Source of the DNA: Mobula hypostoma
Taxonomy: Eukaryota
Reading direction: 5' to 3'
DNA length: 64,000 nucleotides
Assembly (NCBI RefSeq): GCF_963921235.1
Contig: NC_086108.1
Coordinates: 97,342,001-97,406,000, forward strand
Position 1 is the stretch's first letter, and each line of letters starts with the position of its first letter. The translations under genes were made by a program, and so were the position numbers. Under the pieces are notes generated by a model. It saw only the letters and a program-made list of their open reading frames with translations. It did no database searches and had not been told where the DNA came from. Below are positions 50,059 through 62,952 of this stretch, piece after piece.

Positions 50059-50074
50059 GCTTTGTAAGCAAGGA

Positions 50075-50415
50075 ATAAGACCATAAAGCCGTAAGGCATA
50101 GGGGCAGAACTAGACTAATCAGCCCATCGAGTCTTTGCCACCATTCCATCATGGCTGATTTATTATCCCTCTCAACCTCATTCTCATGTCATCTCCCTGT
50201 AACCTCTGATACCCTGACTAATCAAAAACCTATCAACCTCCGCTTTAAATATTCCTGATGACTTGGCCTCCACAGCCGTCTGTGGCAACGAATCCACAGA
50301 TTCACTAACCTGTGACTGAAGAAATTCCTCTTCATCTGAATGGACGTTCCTCTCTTCTGAGGCTGCATCCTGAGGTTCTAGACTCTTCCACTGTGGGAAA
50401 CATCCTCTCCACAGC
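50075..50415 (-). mobile_element. CR1 3' end
   Basis: ATAAGACCATAA reverse tail; LPQTAVEA...FKAEVDRFL. Confidence 0.8.
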
Positions 50416-50424
50416 CATTCAATA

Positions 50425-50547
50425 TTCAAGCAACACACACAAATTGCTGGAGGAACTCAGTAGGCTAGGCAGCATCTATGGAAAAGAGTACAGTCGACAT
50501 TTCAGGCTGAGACCCTTTGGCAGGACTTACAGTCTAAGTTTCGGGTC
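50425..50547 (-). mobile_element. PLE terminal fragment with decayed hammerhead
   Basis: CAGTCGACATTTCAGGCTGAGACCCTTTGGCAGGACT. Confidence 0.75.
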
Positions 50548-51034
50548 AGAGTTTGACTTGCAGTACAAAGATGTGGTTATAACAGGCTAGAGATTCACGT
50601 TGCTCTATTTACATTTCTGAATGCCATTTCTCAAGCATTTAAGCAGATTGCTTTCACAATTAAAGCATCAAGTGCACATACTAATCATCTCTTCGATGAT
50701 GTGATCAATTGTAGTTGCCTGTCTAATTAGGTAAAACAAATATCCAACAACGGATGAATAATTGAAGAATTGTAATGTACAGTAAGTTACATTTTGCCTG
50801 TCTTTATTGTTGTTTGCTGTGATAAAGAACAATAATTTTCATTGATATTGTAATTTCATACTGTCCTGATATCAATCTGATTTTGCGGTTTATTAAGCTC
50901 ATAGTTAGAGGGAATGGAGAAAATACTCTGAAATGAAGGGGATATGAATGAGTACAAAAGTTGTTAAAGGGTCACAATTGATCTCACTGTATTTGTCTCC
51001 CAACAAATAAATTAGTGAACTCAATTTAAATTAA

Positions 51035-51620
51035 GTAATTAGTGCAAAAAGTCGTGATGTAGTGTTCATGGGTTCAATGCTCATTCAGAAATCTAAACAC
51101 AAAATACTCTGCAGATGCTGGGGTCAAAGCAAACACTCACAACACGCTGGAGGAACTCAGCAGGTCAGGCAGCATCTGTGGAAACGATGAGTCGACGGGT
51201 GTTCCGGCCCAAAACGTCGACTCATCGTTTCCACGGCTGCTGCCCGACCTGCTGAGTTCCTCCACTGTGTTGTGAGTGTTTGCTCATTCAGAAATCTGAT
51301 GGCAGAGGGGGAAGAATTTGTTCTTGAGTAGTTGATCGAGTGTCTTCAGCTTCCTCTGCCTCCTCCTTGATGGCAGCAACGAGAAGAGGGCATGTCCTGG
51401 GTGATGGGGATCCTTAATAATGGATTCTGCTTTTTTGAGGCGTTGCTCCTTGAAGATGTCCTGGATGCTGGGGAGACTAGTGCCCATGATGGAGCTGACT
51501 GAGTTTGCAACTTTATGCATCTTACTTTGATCCAGTGCCGTGGAATCCCCCACCCCACTCCTGTACCAAATGGTGATACAGCCAGTTGGAATGCTCTCCA
51601 CAGTACATCCATTAAAAGTA
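51035..51620 (-). mobile_element. Rex1/Babar-like 3' fragment
   Basis: ORF 51284-51688 (CTVESIPTGCITIWY, IIKDPHHPGHALF). Confidence 0.8.
51095..51280. mobile_element. mini fold-back PLE insertion (186 bp)
   Basis: 17-bp TSD TGCTCATTCAGAAATCT (51078-51094 / 51281-51297); about 70-bp inverted arms. Confidence 0.92.
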
Positions 51621-52192
51621 GCCTTGCTGTATCTCCAAATAGATAAATATGTAAAAATAAAAATAAAAATAACCGCCACGGAGATCACCAGAGTTTCAAT
51701 GATTCTTTAGGGGTGGCAATAAATATTCAGTGCACTCTGCTACTGCTTTTTTTTGTTATTTTGTTATAGACTTCCAGTCACAAACCTCAGCTTCTAACAA
51801 CCCTGTACGAGCATCAGGATATGATTTGTTTAGTCTAAATCTGTAACTTGCAGCCAGCAGCATCACTTAACATCAGAGTACAGGAACATGAAAACAGACA
51901 AGTCAATGGTGGAGGATGTCATCTTGTTCATCAGCTCGAGTGAAAGCGTGAAGACCTGTATAAAGAAAACAGCTAAAAATTCATATTCACTCAGAATGCC
52001 AAACAGGAAAGAAATCTCTGTCTTTGCAATACATGTTTTACAAATGAAAATGCCTCTTTCAATTATAAAATATTAACCACATAATTTTAAAAAGGTATTG
52101 CAGTTTAATTGACTTAAAGTTTGCATTTCATAAAAATATCTACATCTCTGATTAGTTACACACATACTTCATTATCTTCGGGAAAGTGGAAA

Positions 52193-52555
52193 TTCAAAGT
52201 TCAAAGTTCAAAGTTCAAATTACATTTATTATCAAAGTAAGCATTTGTCTCCACATACTAGCCTGAGATTCTTGTGGGCATTCACAGTAGATACAAAGAA
52301 ACGCAGTGGAATCAGTGAAAAGCTGCACACAAAGATTCATAAGCAATCAATGTGCAAAAGAAGATAAAGTGTGCAATTGCAAAAAAAGGATAATAATAAA
52401 TAAGTAATAAACAATATTGAAAACATGAGTTGTAGAGGCCTTGAAAGTGATTCCACACATTGTATAATCAGTTCAGTGTTGAGGTGAGTGAAGTATCCAC
52501 ACTGGTTCAGGAGCCTGATAGTTGAAGGGTAATAATTGTTCCTGAACCTGGTGGC
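52193..52555 (-). mobile_element. Rex1/Babar-like 3' UTR
   Basis: (TTCAAAG)n tail; colinear with 8104-8450. Confidence 0.7.
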
Positions 52556-54109
52556 TCAAAACTACTTGCATGTGAAGTATCCATTCATGTTTGGGTTTGA
52601 AGTGGCTTCTATAGCGAAACAAGTTGAGAGTCCCTTTTCAGAGAGCTTGTTTCTGTTACTGTACTGGGCCTTGATGCTGCATTCAGACACTGGAGGTAAA
52701 TTTTCTAACAGTGATTCCGTTGCAACGTGCTCTCAATATCTTCAGCACCTGATCTGTTATTCTCTTTTAAAGTAAAACTCAGTCCCATTTGCAAATGAAT
52801 TTGTGATGAAAGGCCACCTGTTGAAGTGAACAGTTTTTATACTAACCCTGCTATTCAACTGCTGCTGGCCTGAAGCACAGTAAAAACATGTTTTCACTGA
52901 CAAATGATTAATTACAGAGAAACGGAGTTGAGGAAAGAGGCATTTCAAATCTTTGAAAATGTCTGTTTGCATCAGATATTAAGAGACCAGATATTGTAGT
53001 TCTAACCATTTCACATTTTTATTTAACTTCTCCACTTCAGGTTTTGATGTTTTTTTTAAAAGAAAGTGAAGCTCAGTAGATACAAACGTTCTCAGTGGTT
53101 CTAGCAGCAAATCTCTTAATGCAGTGGTCATATCCTTTATTTCTTTTGCATTTTAAAATTGTTGTTTGGTTAGCAATCCTTTATTATTGTTTGTTGATTC
53201 CTCGACACTTGCAGTGATTGGTCAGTCTAAGCATGTCTCTTAATCAATATTCCTTTAATATGCCATGCAGCGGAGGCAAAATTGGGACACCAGGGAACTC
53301 AACTCTTACTTGCAACAGAAAAAAGTTTTCACATGACATCCACTGGAAGTTACCCATCTAAACCCAAATAATTTACCAGCGACAAATACACTATCAGATA
53401 ATCATTGCTTGCTAACTGAGTCTTCCGACTTAGTAAAGCATGCATTTGCAGGTTTTTGTGATGTGGTGGTTAAATCATTGAATGACCCTCTGAAATGCCT
53501 GAGAAACCTGCTCATTTCAGAGGAAGCTAGATGTGAGAAATCAATGCTGGTTTAGTCAGCAGAATCCATATCCCACACATTCCTGTTAGAGTCACATTAT
53601 GTACAAACACTCCTGTGCCTAGCATCACTTTATGTACATTCAATTAATCTATGTATATAATCTACATTATGTAATTATATTTATTGTGTTTTTTTATTAC
53701 TGTGTTCCTGATCTCAAGGGTTTTTTTTGCACTGATCGGATCCGGAACAGCAATTATTTTGTTCTCCTTTACACTTGTGTATTAGGAATGACATTAAACA
53801 GTTTTGAAATTAATAGGTACAACCTGGAGGGGAAAATCAGTGGTGAAGTTACTGTAATGGTCAAGATGTTCCCAGAATTCCTGAGACGTTGTACTGGTGT
53901 TTGCCAAGGTGATGTAACATCCAACTTTGTGAGTAGGCTTCAATGAAGAATTTCCAGCCAAGATTGGTTATGATCCAGCATCGCGAAGAGTTAGGGATTT
54001 TGCAGGAAATATTACTAAAAGTTCTTGGCCTCTTTCTATTTTAATTGGGTGTTGCTGAATGCTGATTTCCACTACCTTCAGTTAAATAAAAACTGATTAC
54101 TACAGTAGA

Positions 54110-54500
54110 GTGATCACCATTGAGGACCAAGTCATCCAGGCCATGTTCTTGTCATGCCGTTGCCATTGGAAGAGAGTTACAGCAACCAGGTTCAGAACGT
54201 GTTATTACCCTTCAACCTCTGCGGATAACTTTACTTCACAATCTATGCACTCACTTCCAAGGACTCAACAACTCATGTTTGCACTATTATTTATTTACTT
54301 GTCTTTATTTTGGTATTTACATTGTTCATTTTATTTTGCCTGTTGGCTGTCTGTCAGTCTTTGTGTGTAGTTCTTCATTGATTCTATTGTCTTTCTTTGT
54401 TCTACTGTAAATGCCTGCAAGAACGTGAATCTTTATGTAATATATGGTGACATTTATGGACAGTACTTTGAAAATAGATTTACTTTGAATTTTGAACTTT
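54110..54500 (+). mobile_element. Rex1/Babar-like 3' end
   Basis: TRFRTCYYPST remnant; TTTGAACTTTGA tail. Confidence 0.7.
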
Positions 54501-56424
54501 GAGTTTGAAGTACAATTGCAGCTTCTTGTGCTTGTGAGAACTTAGCTGTGTTGTGATGATAACTTTGGAAGCAATTGGCAGAAAGGTGAGGACCTGTATT
54601 AGGATGTGGCCGGATTTGTGGAAAGGGACTGCTTCTGGCAGACAGACCTTTGAACAAGGAGAAGACTGCAATTTATCTGCCTTTAAATCCCACGATTTTT
54701 ACTCAAGCCTGGGTATCAGAATTCCCGTGAAATACATGTTTATTCCGAGGTCTGCAGCTCACAGGACAGCCGATCTGTTCAAATATTGACAGGGCTGGTA
54801 TTCACTTCCTGCATTTATTTCAGATTTTCAATATTTGCATATTTCAATATTTAAATTTAGGCAAATACTCTGTGATACATGCAAGGTACCTGATAATTGT
54901 TCCATTACTAAAATCAGAGCATTACCATGTCACGATAAAAGTAGCACAATTAATTTTACCAACTCTACCTTTATTGGCAGGCCTAATCTTTTACGATTCA
55001 GCTAAACAAACATCATACAGAATCGTTCAGTAAATAAATTGGATTTAGTTTACAGGAGCGATGTCGTTGTAAGGTTTGAATGTTGGAGGAGTGGATGAAT
55101 ATAATCTCTTTGGTGAATGATGTACTGAGCTGCTAAATTCTCTGTTCACTTTTATTTTATAAGCATGTTTCTTTTCCTTTAATGTGAAGTATCACTAAGG
55201 CGAAGAAAAGGGAATATTATTAAGGGTCTTTTGAATATATTGACTCTGTTTGGTGAGATAGCCTATTTGTTCCACATCTAGTCTAATTCATTTTAAACCC
55301 GGCTGATAATGGTCACGAACAGTTGTCATAATCTTTTTTTCTATTATAAATGCATATATACATGCATGCAGAAAGCAGGATATTCAAAAAGGACACAAGA
55401 AAAAGTGAATGTATAAAAGATATTGTTAGATCACAGCTTTCACCTGCATCTAGGCAGAGACCATCAATCTGACTTCATTTAGTGATTATATCATTGCACA
55501 AAACAGACCAGTTGAACTGACTAGTAATTAAAATATCTTTAATCTGACACTTTTAAGCATAATTCATTTATTGATGAAAAGGTTAATTCAATTACAGCAT
55601 TCCTGCGGCAAGCATGGAAATAATTATTTCCTTGTGAAAAAGGCTGTACATTTCCCATCATGAAGAATTGCAACTTCCCACTTGGAATACTGAGTTCATC
55701 TTCCTTTTTGTTGATGCAACCTCTAATCTTCAAATTATTTCTTAACTGAGCTAAAGACAAGACTCGGCGGCGGAACTGACAGTTGTCTCCCGCTCGCATT
55801 GTTATGCGTATTTTGACAGTAGCTGACACTCACATCAATAATTTAAGGAATTTACAAAAAGGTTGAAGAGGTAAAAGCTGAATCTTTACTGTGGTGAAGC
55901 ATTCGGAACTGCGTTTTCTCTTTGCAATTTAATATAGCTGTCTAACCATCAGAATTCAAGACTGTGACAAAGTGTAATCTCATTAAAATAAAAAAGTGTT
56001 AAGGGAAAAAAATAGCCTATTTAAGGTTAGACAACTTACTGCTCCATCAGCTACAAATTGACAAAAGATGCATATGAATCCATGGTGGTATCCTTTTCAT
56101 CTATGCTTGTGTTAGATAATGATGGCGAAAAACTATACATCCTAGCTGGAAATTAATGAGGGATTCATTTTGACACTTTTATACTGCTCAAAATACCATC
56201 AAATTAAACTCTGCCAATTTACTCCATTTCAAATCGAGCACTGTACTCTGTGCTGTAAATTTCTCAGCTCACTGCAGCAGTTGGGGGTAAAGATGCAACC
56301 AACTATCTCTCACCTTCCTAGTTTTGGGGATGAATATACAATACCTACGACTTTTGAACCATTGTCACTTTGCTAATAAAGTTTATCTCGCGATTATTAC
56401 CCAAAGCTAATTTTGACTTTCACT

Positions 56425-57000
56425 TAGAACATAGAACAGGCCATTCGGCCCACAATGTTGTGCTGAACCAGCTAAAAAGCAAATCAAAAACTCCCAAAGG
56501 CTAATCCCTCCTTCTTACACCATGTCCATATCCCTCCATCTTCCTTAGATCCATGTGCCTATGCAAACATCTCTTAAAAACCTCTAATGTATTTACCTCT
56601 ACCTCCATATCAGATAGCATATTCCAGGCATCCACCACTTTCTGAGTAAAAAACTTACTCCTCATGTCCCCCTTGAACCTTCCCCCTCTCACCTTCAATG
56701 CAGGCCCCCTGGTGTTAGACATTTTCAGCCCTGGGAAACAGGTAATCTCTGTCCACTCCATCTATGCCTCTCATCATCTTGTAAACCTCTATCAGATCTC
56801 CCCTCTGCCTCCGACGCTCCAGAGAAAACAACCCAAGTTTATCCAGCCTCTCGTGATAGCACATGTCCTCTAATCCAGGCAGCATCCTGGAAAACCTCTT
56901 CTGCACCCTCTCCAAAGCCTCAACATCCGTCCTGTAGTGGGGCAAACAGAACTGTACGCGATACTCCAGATGTGGCCTAACCAGAGTCTTATAAAGTTAC
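56425..57000 (-). mobile_element. CR1 3' fragment
   Basis: ORFs 56715-56945 and 56501-56761 (LERVQKRFSRM, FFTQKVVDAWN). Confidence 0.9.
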
Positions 57001-57413
57001 TTACTGTCTGTTAGTTGAATATGATTTTAAGAAATCTATAATATATCGGCACTGCAGTCAATATGGTTCTAGTAATTGTAAACCTAGAAATATGCAATCT
57101 GTATTATAAACTAAAATGATTTGTGAACAAACACAGGACTCCAAGTATCTTAAAGAAAAACTAAATTAAAGTCAAGTAATTGGCCTTGGTTAATGCAATG
57201 CGTTGGTTTTGTTGAAGTTAAAAAGACTGAATTTTTTTCATAAGAGCGTAAATGAGTTGTTATATTGAATTAAATTGTGTATCAGAATTAATAGAATTAT
57301 CAAAAATCAGCTGAGTAACTGATAAGCTCATGTTCCTTTTTGTTACGTGGGATTTCAGAGTATTTGTTCTTATTTTTGACATCAGATTTAAAATTTTGCT
57401 CATTTGCAATTAA

Positions 57414-57875
57414 TTTACAAGGATGTTGCCAGGACTTGAGGACCTGAGTTATACGGAGAGGTTGAATAGGTTAGAATTTCATTCCCGAGAGCGTAAAAGA
57501 GTAAGAGGAGATTTGATAGCAGCGTACAAATTATGAGGGTAAATGCAAGCAGGCTTTTTCCCCTGAGGGTGGGTGAGATGGGAACAAGAGGCCATGGGTT
57601 AAGGGTGAAAGGTGAAATGTTTAAGGGGAACAAGAGGGGAGAGTTTCTTCACTCAGAGGGTGGTGAGGGTGTGGAGTAAGTTTCCAGTGGAAAGTAGTGG
57701 ACGCAGTTTCGATTTCAACATTTAAGAGAAATTTGGACAGGTATGTGGATGGAAGGGGTATGGAGGGCTATGGTCCAGGTTAGAGTTGATGGAACAAGGC
57801 AGATTAATAGTTTGGCATAGACTAGATGGGCCAAAGGACCTGTTTTTGCGCTGTAGGATCCTATGACTCTGACTC
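57414..57875 (+). mobile_element. CR1 3' fragment
   Basis: Colinear with 19180-19640. Confidence 0.85.
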
Positions 57876-58442
57876 TAAGACTAGAACGTTATGGTGGATG
57901 AATAATTCAAGTTTCATCATTTAATCCATGGTTCCCCAAGACTTCTGTGATCTCTGTGGTGAGTGCACGCAACAGGACGCTCTGTCCATTTTCTCATGGA
58001 AACCTTACGTGGTCTTATCTTTGGATTCACACATATTCTGTTTCTCAACATTCCTGGAAGTCCAGCGCAGTTTGTACGTTGTGTGCGAACGTCCTTTCTG
58101 TGACATATTGCTGTCTGCTTCTATCCCTGCTGATTGATTAATTCTGAGCCTTCATCTGTAAGATCTCATCAGTAAGATCTACCCATCGCTAATGTCACTT
58201 TCCCCAGAGTGAACAGAATGAAAAATCATTCACATTTATTCAGTCCTCCACCCTTTCTACCTTTCTTTTCTGCCCCATCACACCGTCCTTTCAAATAAGG
58301 AGCAGCAGTAACGAGACATATTAGTGATATGTGTGCAGGATTTCGAAAAGAGACAGCACAATTACACTGGAAAAAAACTCTTTACCTGTGCCCGGAGTGA
58401 AAAATGCAAGGGAAACAAAACTCATACGCATGACTCATATCT

Positions 58443-58965
58443 CAAACACAAGAGATTCGGCAGATGTTTAAAACCTGGAGTAGCACACGCAAAATGCTGG
58501 AGGAACTCAGCAGGTCAGGCAGCGGATATGGAAAGGAATAAAGAGTCAACATTTTGGGCTGGCACCCTTCATCAGGACTGGAAAGAAAAAGTAGGAAAGT
58601 GGGTCTGGGAGGGGCGCACACCGGCAGGTGATAGGTAAAGCTGGGTCGGTAGGGGACGGGGTATAAAGTAAGAAGCTGGGAGGTGATAGGTGGGAAAGGT
58701 GGAGGGCTGCAGACAGAATCTGATAGCAGAGGAGAGTGCACTATGGGAGAAAAGGGATAAAAGGGAGGCAATAGGCAGGTGAGGAGAAGAGAAGAGTAAA
58801 GAGGGGAACCAGATTGGGGAACGTAAGAAGAGAGAAGGAAGGGGGGAAGAGATTACCGGAAGATAGAGAAATCGATGCCCTTGAACTCAGGTTGGAGGCC
58901 ACCCAGATGGAACATGAGGTGTTGCTCCTCCAACCTGAGAGTGGCCTCATTGTGACAGAAGAGGA
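58443..58965 (-). mobile_element. PLE 3' end (possible inverted partner at 59770-59855)
   Basis: AAACACAAGAGATTCGGCAGATG terminus; decayed hammerhead 58543-58580; reverse EEQHL remnant. Confidence 0.8.
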
Positions 58966-59019
58966 GAGTCTGTCAGTGTTACCTATTAGAGTCTGTCATT
59001 GTGTTCTCTCTGACATAGT

Positions 59020-59755
59020 GGTGTCAAGTAAACCACCTCTCCCTCAATGTCGCAAAAACAAAGGAATGGTTGTGGATTACAGCAGGAGACCAACTAGCCC
59101 CTATTGACATGAATGGCTGGGGTAAACAGCTTCAAGTTCCTCGGCATCGACATCATCGAGGACCTCACGTGGTCTGTACACACCAGCTATGTGGTGAAAA
59201 GAGCACATCAGCGTCTCTTTCACCTTAGACAGTTGAGGAAGTTCGGTACGGGCCCACGAATCCTAAGAACTTTCTGCAGGGGCACAACTGAGGTCATCCT
59301 GATGGCTGTATTACTGCCTGGTATGGGAACTGTACCCCACTTAACCACAGGGCTCTGCAGAGAGTGGTGCAGACAGCCCAGTGCATCTGTAGTTGTGAAC
59401 TTCCCATGATTCAGGACATTTACAAGGACAGGTGTGTAAAAAGGGCCCGTAGGATCATTGGGGACCCAAGCCATCCCAACCACAATCTATCCCAGCTGCT
59501 CCCATGCAGGAAGCGGTACTGCAGCGTAAAAGCCAGGACTAACAGGCTCCAAGATAGCTTCTTCCACCAGACCATCAAACTGATGAACTCCCGCTGACTT
59601 GAGTGTACTCTGTATGCATTGACTGTTCTATTTATTATAAATTATTATAAATTACAATGATTGCACATTGCACATTTAGATGGAGACGTAACGTAAAGAT
59701 TTTTGCTCATCATGTATATGAAGGATGTAAGAAATAAAGTCAATTCAATTCAATT
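59020..59755 (+). mobile_element. Rex1/Babar LINE 3' fragment
   Basis: Colinear with 45630-45810 plus 47750-48350; (CAATT)n tail. Confidence 0.88.
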
Positions 59756-60319
59756 GTATCCAGAACTCCTGATGCTTCTAATAAAGAATCTCAGCCCAAA
59801 ACGTTGACTCTTTATTTCTTTGCGTGGATGGTCCTTGACCAGCTGAGTTTCTGACTCATTCATGCTGTTTTGCCAAGGAGAATGGGTTTATTTTTGGTTA
59901 AGCTGTGGTATCTGCCTGCATTGATTTCCAGCAAACGATTATATTTACTACCTGAATAGCAATGATCTACCAACTATAGTTAATTGAAGTGAAGTGAAGA
60001 ATGCAATAAACGGATTTTCCATGCACAGACACACCGGGAACAAACTACCAACAAAATTGACAGTACCACAAAATGCCAAATGTGCCATTAGAAAGTGCAC
60101 ACGAGCTTCATAATTAGCAATTTTTTTGTATTTATATATTACTATTTTCTAAAAGTGACTAACTGAAAATATGTACATAGCTGATCATGTTTTTCCTTGA
60201 AAAATCAGTTATTCAGTAAAATTAAAAGCTATTTATTTCTAAAATTACAGAATAAAAATGAACAAGGAAAGCATGACTAAAAGCATTATTTTTACTGGCA
60301 AAGGACTGTTTAGGTAACC

Positions 60320-60680
60320 AGGTTTAATATTACTGGCATATGTTGTGAAATTTGTTATGTGGCCGCAGTACATTGCAATACACAATAATAAAAGCTGTGA
60401 ATTACAGTAAGAAGTGTGTGTATGTGTGTGTGTGTGTGTGTGTGTATGTATATATATATATGTATGTATATGTTTGTTAAATTAAGTAAACATTGCAAAC
60501 GAAGTAGTGAGGTAGTGTTCATGGGTTCAACGTCTATTCAGAAATCATTTGACAGAAGGGTAGAAACTGTTCCTGAATCATCGAGTGTGTGTCTTCAGGC
60601 TCCTGTACCTCCTCCCTGATGGTATCAATGATAAGAGGGTATGTCTCGGGTGATGGGGGTCCTTAATGATGGATGCCGCC
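60320..60680 (-). mobile_element. Rex1/Babar-like 3' end
   Basis: Colinear with 51035-51430. Confidence 0.65.
60414..60472. repeat. compound (TG)n/(TA)n microsatellite
   Basis: Directly visible. Confidence 0.95.
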
Positions 60681-60959
60681 TAACGATTAGTGAAACAAAT
60701 GCATTGTTTTGCTTTCAGAAGTAGTTCAGTGAAATGAAGATTGTGGGGCAAAGCCAAGGCCTCAAGTAGGGAGTTTACTTCTTGCTAGATCTTCTGTAGA
60801 AGTGCAAGATGATAGACTAAAGCACGTGTCCACAAGGAGAAAGGGGAAGTCTGAAGTGGAACTACCCCTACTCTGGTAACATTGCTGCTCATAGCAATAC
60901 CAGAGGCCCGAGACGGAAGATTGCATGCCATCTACTTCAAGGACACTAAAAGACTGTAA

Positions 60960-61205
60960 GATGGACCCAGGACAGGTCCTCTGAGATATTGACACCCAGG
61001 AAATTAAAGTTACTAACCCTCTCCACCTCTGATCCTCTGATGAGGACTCATTGATGAGAGCTTTGATGGACCTCTGGTTTCCCTCTCCTGAAGTTGATAA
61101 TCAGTTCTTTGGTCTTATTGACGTTGAGTGAGAGGTTGTTGTTATTACACCACTCAGCCAAATTTTCAATCTCCCTCCTGTATGCTGATTCATCACCACC
61201 TTTGA
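60960..61205 (-). mobile_element. Rex1/Babar RT fragment
   Basis: Reverse complement similar to 19680-19910. Confidence 0.75.
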
Positions 61206-62394
61206 TTCCTTTTCTACCTTTTCTAGACTACTGTTTGTGATTTTGCTTTTGGATTTAGTTTGTGTCGTCTTGTTTTCTTTGAGACTGAGTTAATTCCACA
61301 CCTTACTCTGCACTGAGATGGTGCTGGTGAATCTCAGCTACTTCTGGCTAGTGGTCAATGAAACAAGGAAAACAACCAAATACTCTGTTAATCGCTCTTT
61401 TCCTCGTAAATAATCATTACAAACAATGGCCTGTAACTTCCCTTTAGACTTAGAGGCAATTCGCTGTGGCAGAACTGAGGTGAAGCGAGGCAAGGCCTGT
61501 CGCTGAGAGCGAGGAAGACCCGAGGAATGATCGATTTAAGCGCCAGGCTGAATCGGGTACAGGCCGAATGGAGGCAGCGGGGCCGAGGCCCCAGAATGTA
61601 TTGAAGTGATTGAATCCAATGTTTGGACAACAACTTAAGTGCTGGGCCGAATCAGAAAGGTCAAGTACAGGCTGAGTCGAGGCAGAGGGTTCAGGCCCCT
61701 GTGCATACCGAAGATGTTTGGATGACTATGTTTGACAATCTTTTGTTATGGGTTCTTACGGATTTTTTTGTTTCCTGTTGCCTGTTGGGAGACAAATATG
61801 TATAACATATACATATTTTGATAATAAATGTACTTTGACTTTGCACCTGGATTCACCACCGTCCATAGCTCTCTCGTTACAGTAACCCCTTGAAACAATT
61901 GCAATAAGACAAGATTTAACAGATGAACAAATTCAATTTGGATTATTGAATATGCAAATCTTAATCATTGGGTGTGAATGGAATGTACCAATTTAATGGA
62001 GGTGTCTTTTAGAAATGCTTTTGTCCAGTGTACAATTTATGTGCAGGCAGTAGCAAAGGTTGAAGATTGAAAAATCAAGGCCGAGTCACATGATGAGGAA
62101 TTATTCCAGACAGGCAAAGGTGTTATCAAAGCGAAGGAGATCATCCATCACAAATGCAGTACACCAGCTTAGAGGAGAAAAATGCTCTAACTGTAAGAAG
62201 AAAGAGCAGATAGCTTGAGGGGGTAAGGCTAGATCTAGACTGGCAAGCCAAAAACTGTCAGTTGAAAGTGTGAGGGAAATACTAACAAAAGAAAGCCATG
62301 GAATTGAGGACTGTGTAAAATTTAAACAGATGAGCATCCTTTAAAGAGAGTTTTGAACTCTGTCTAAATCAATCATTTCGAGAGAATTAAAATA

Positions 62395-62952
62395 TCAAGT
62401 ATGTAATGCTGAGGCATTCTCAGGCATCAGTCAGACAGCATTCAGACTATTGTGAGCCATTCTGGGCCCTACGCGCTGGCATCAGAAAGTCCAGAGGAGG
62501 TAAGCAAAAACAATTCCAAGAATGAAAGGGTTAATCTATGAGTAGCTTTTGATGGCTCTGTGTCTGTACTTGTTGGAGTTTAGAAGAATGAGGGAGAATC
62601 TCATTGAAACCTACCGAATAATGAAAGGCCTAGGTAGAGTGGACATGAAGAGAATGTTCCCTTTTGTGGGAAGTCTAGGACTAGAGGACACAGCCACAGA
62701 ATACAAAGATGTCCCTTTAGAACAGAGGGAAGGAGGAATTTCATTAACCAGAGTGTGGTGAATCTGTGGAGGTCAAGTCATTGGGTATATTTAAGGTGGA
62801 GGTTGATAGGTTCTTGATTAGTAAGGGCGTCAATGGTTACAGGAGAAGGCAGGACAATGGGTTTGAGAGGGAAGATACATCAGCAATGATTGAATGGTTG
62901 TGCAAAGGATGGGCCTAATTCTGTTTTATGTCTTATAGTCTTATGGTCTTAT
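62395..62952 (+). mobile_element. CR1 3' fragment
   Basis: LEFRRMRENLIETY; (TCTTATGG)n tail. Confidence 0.85.
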
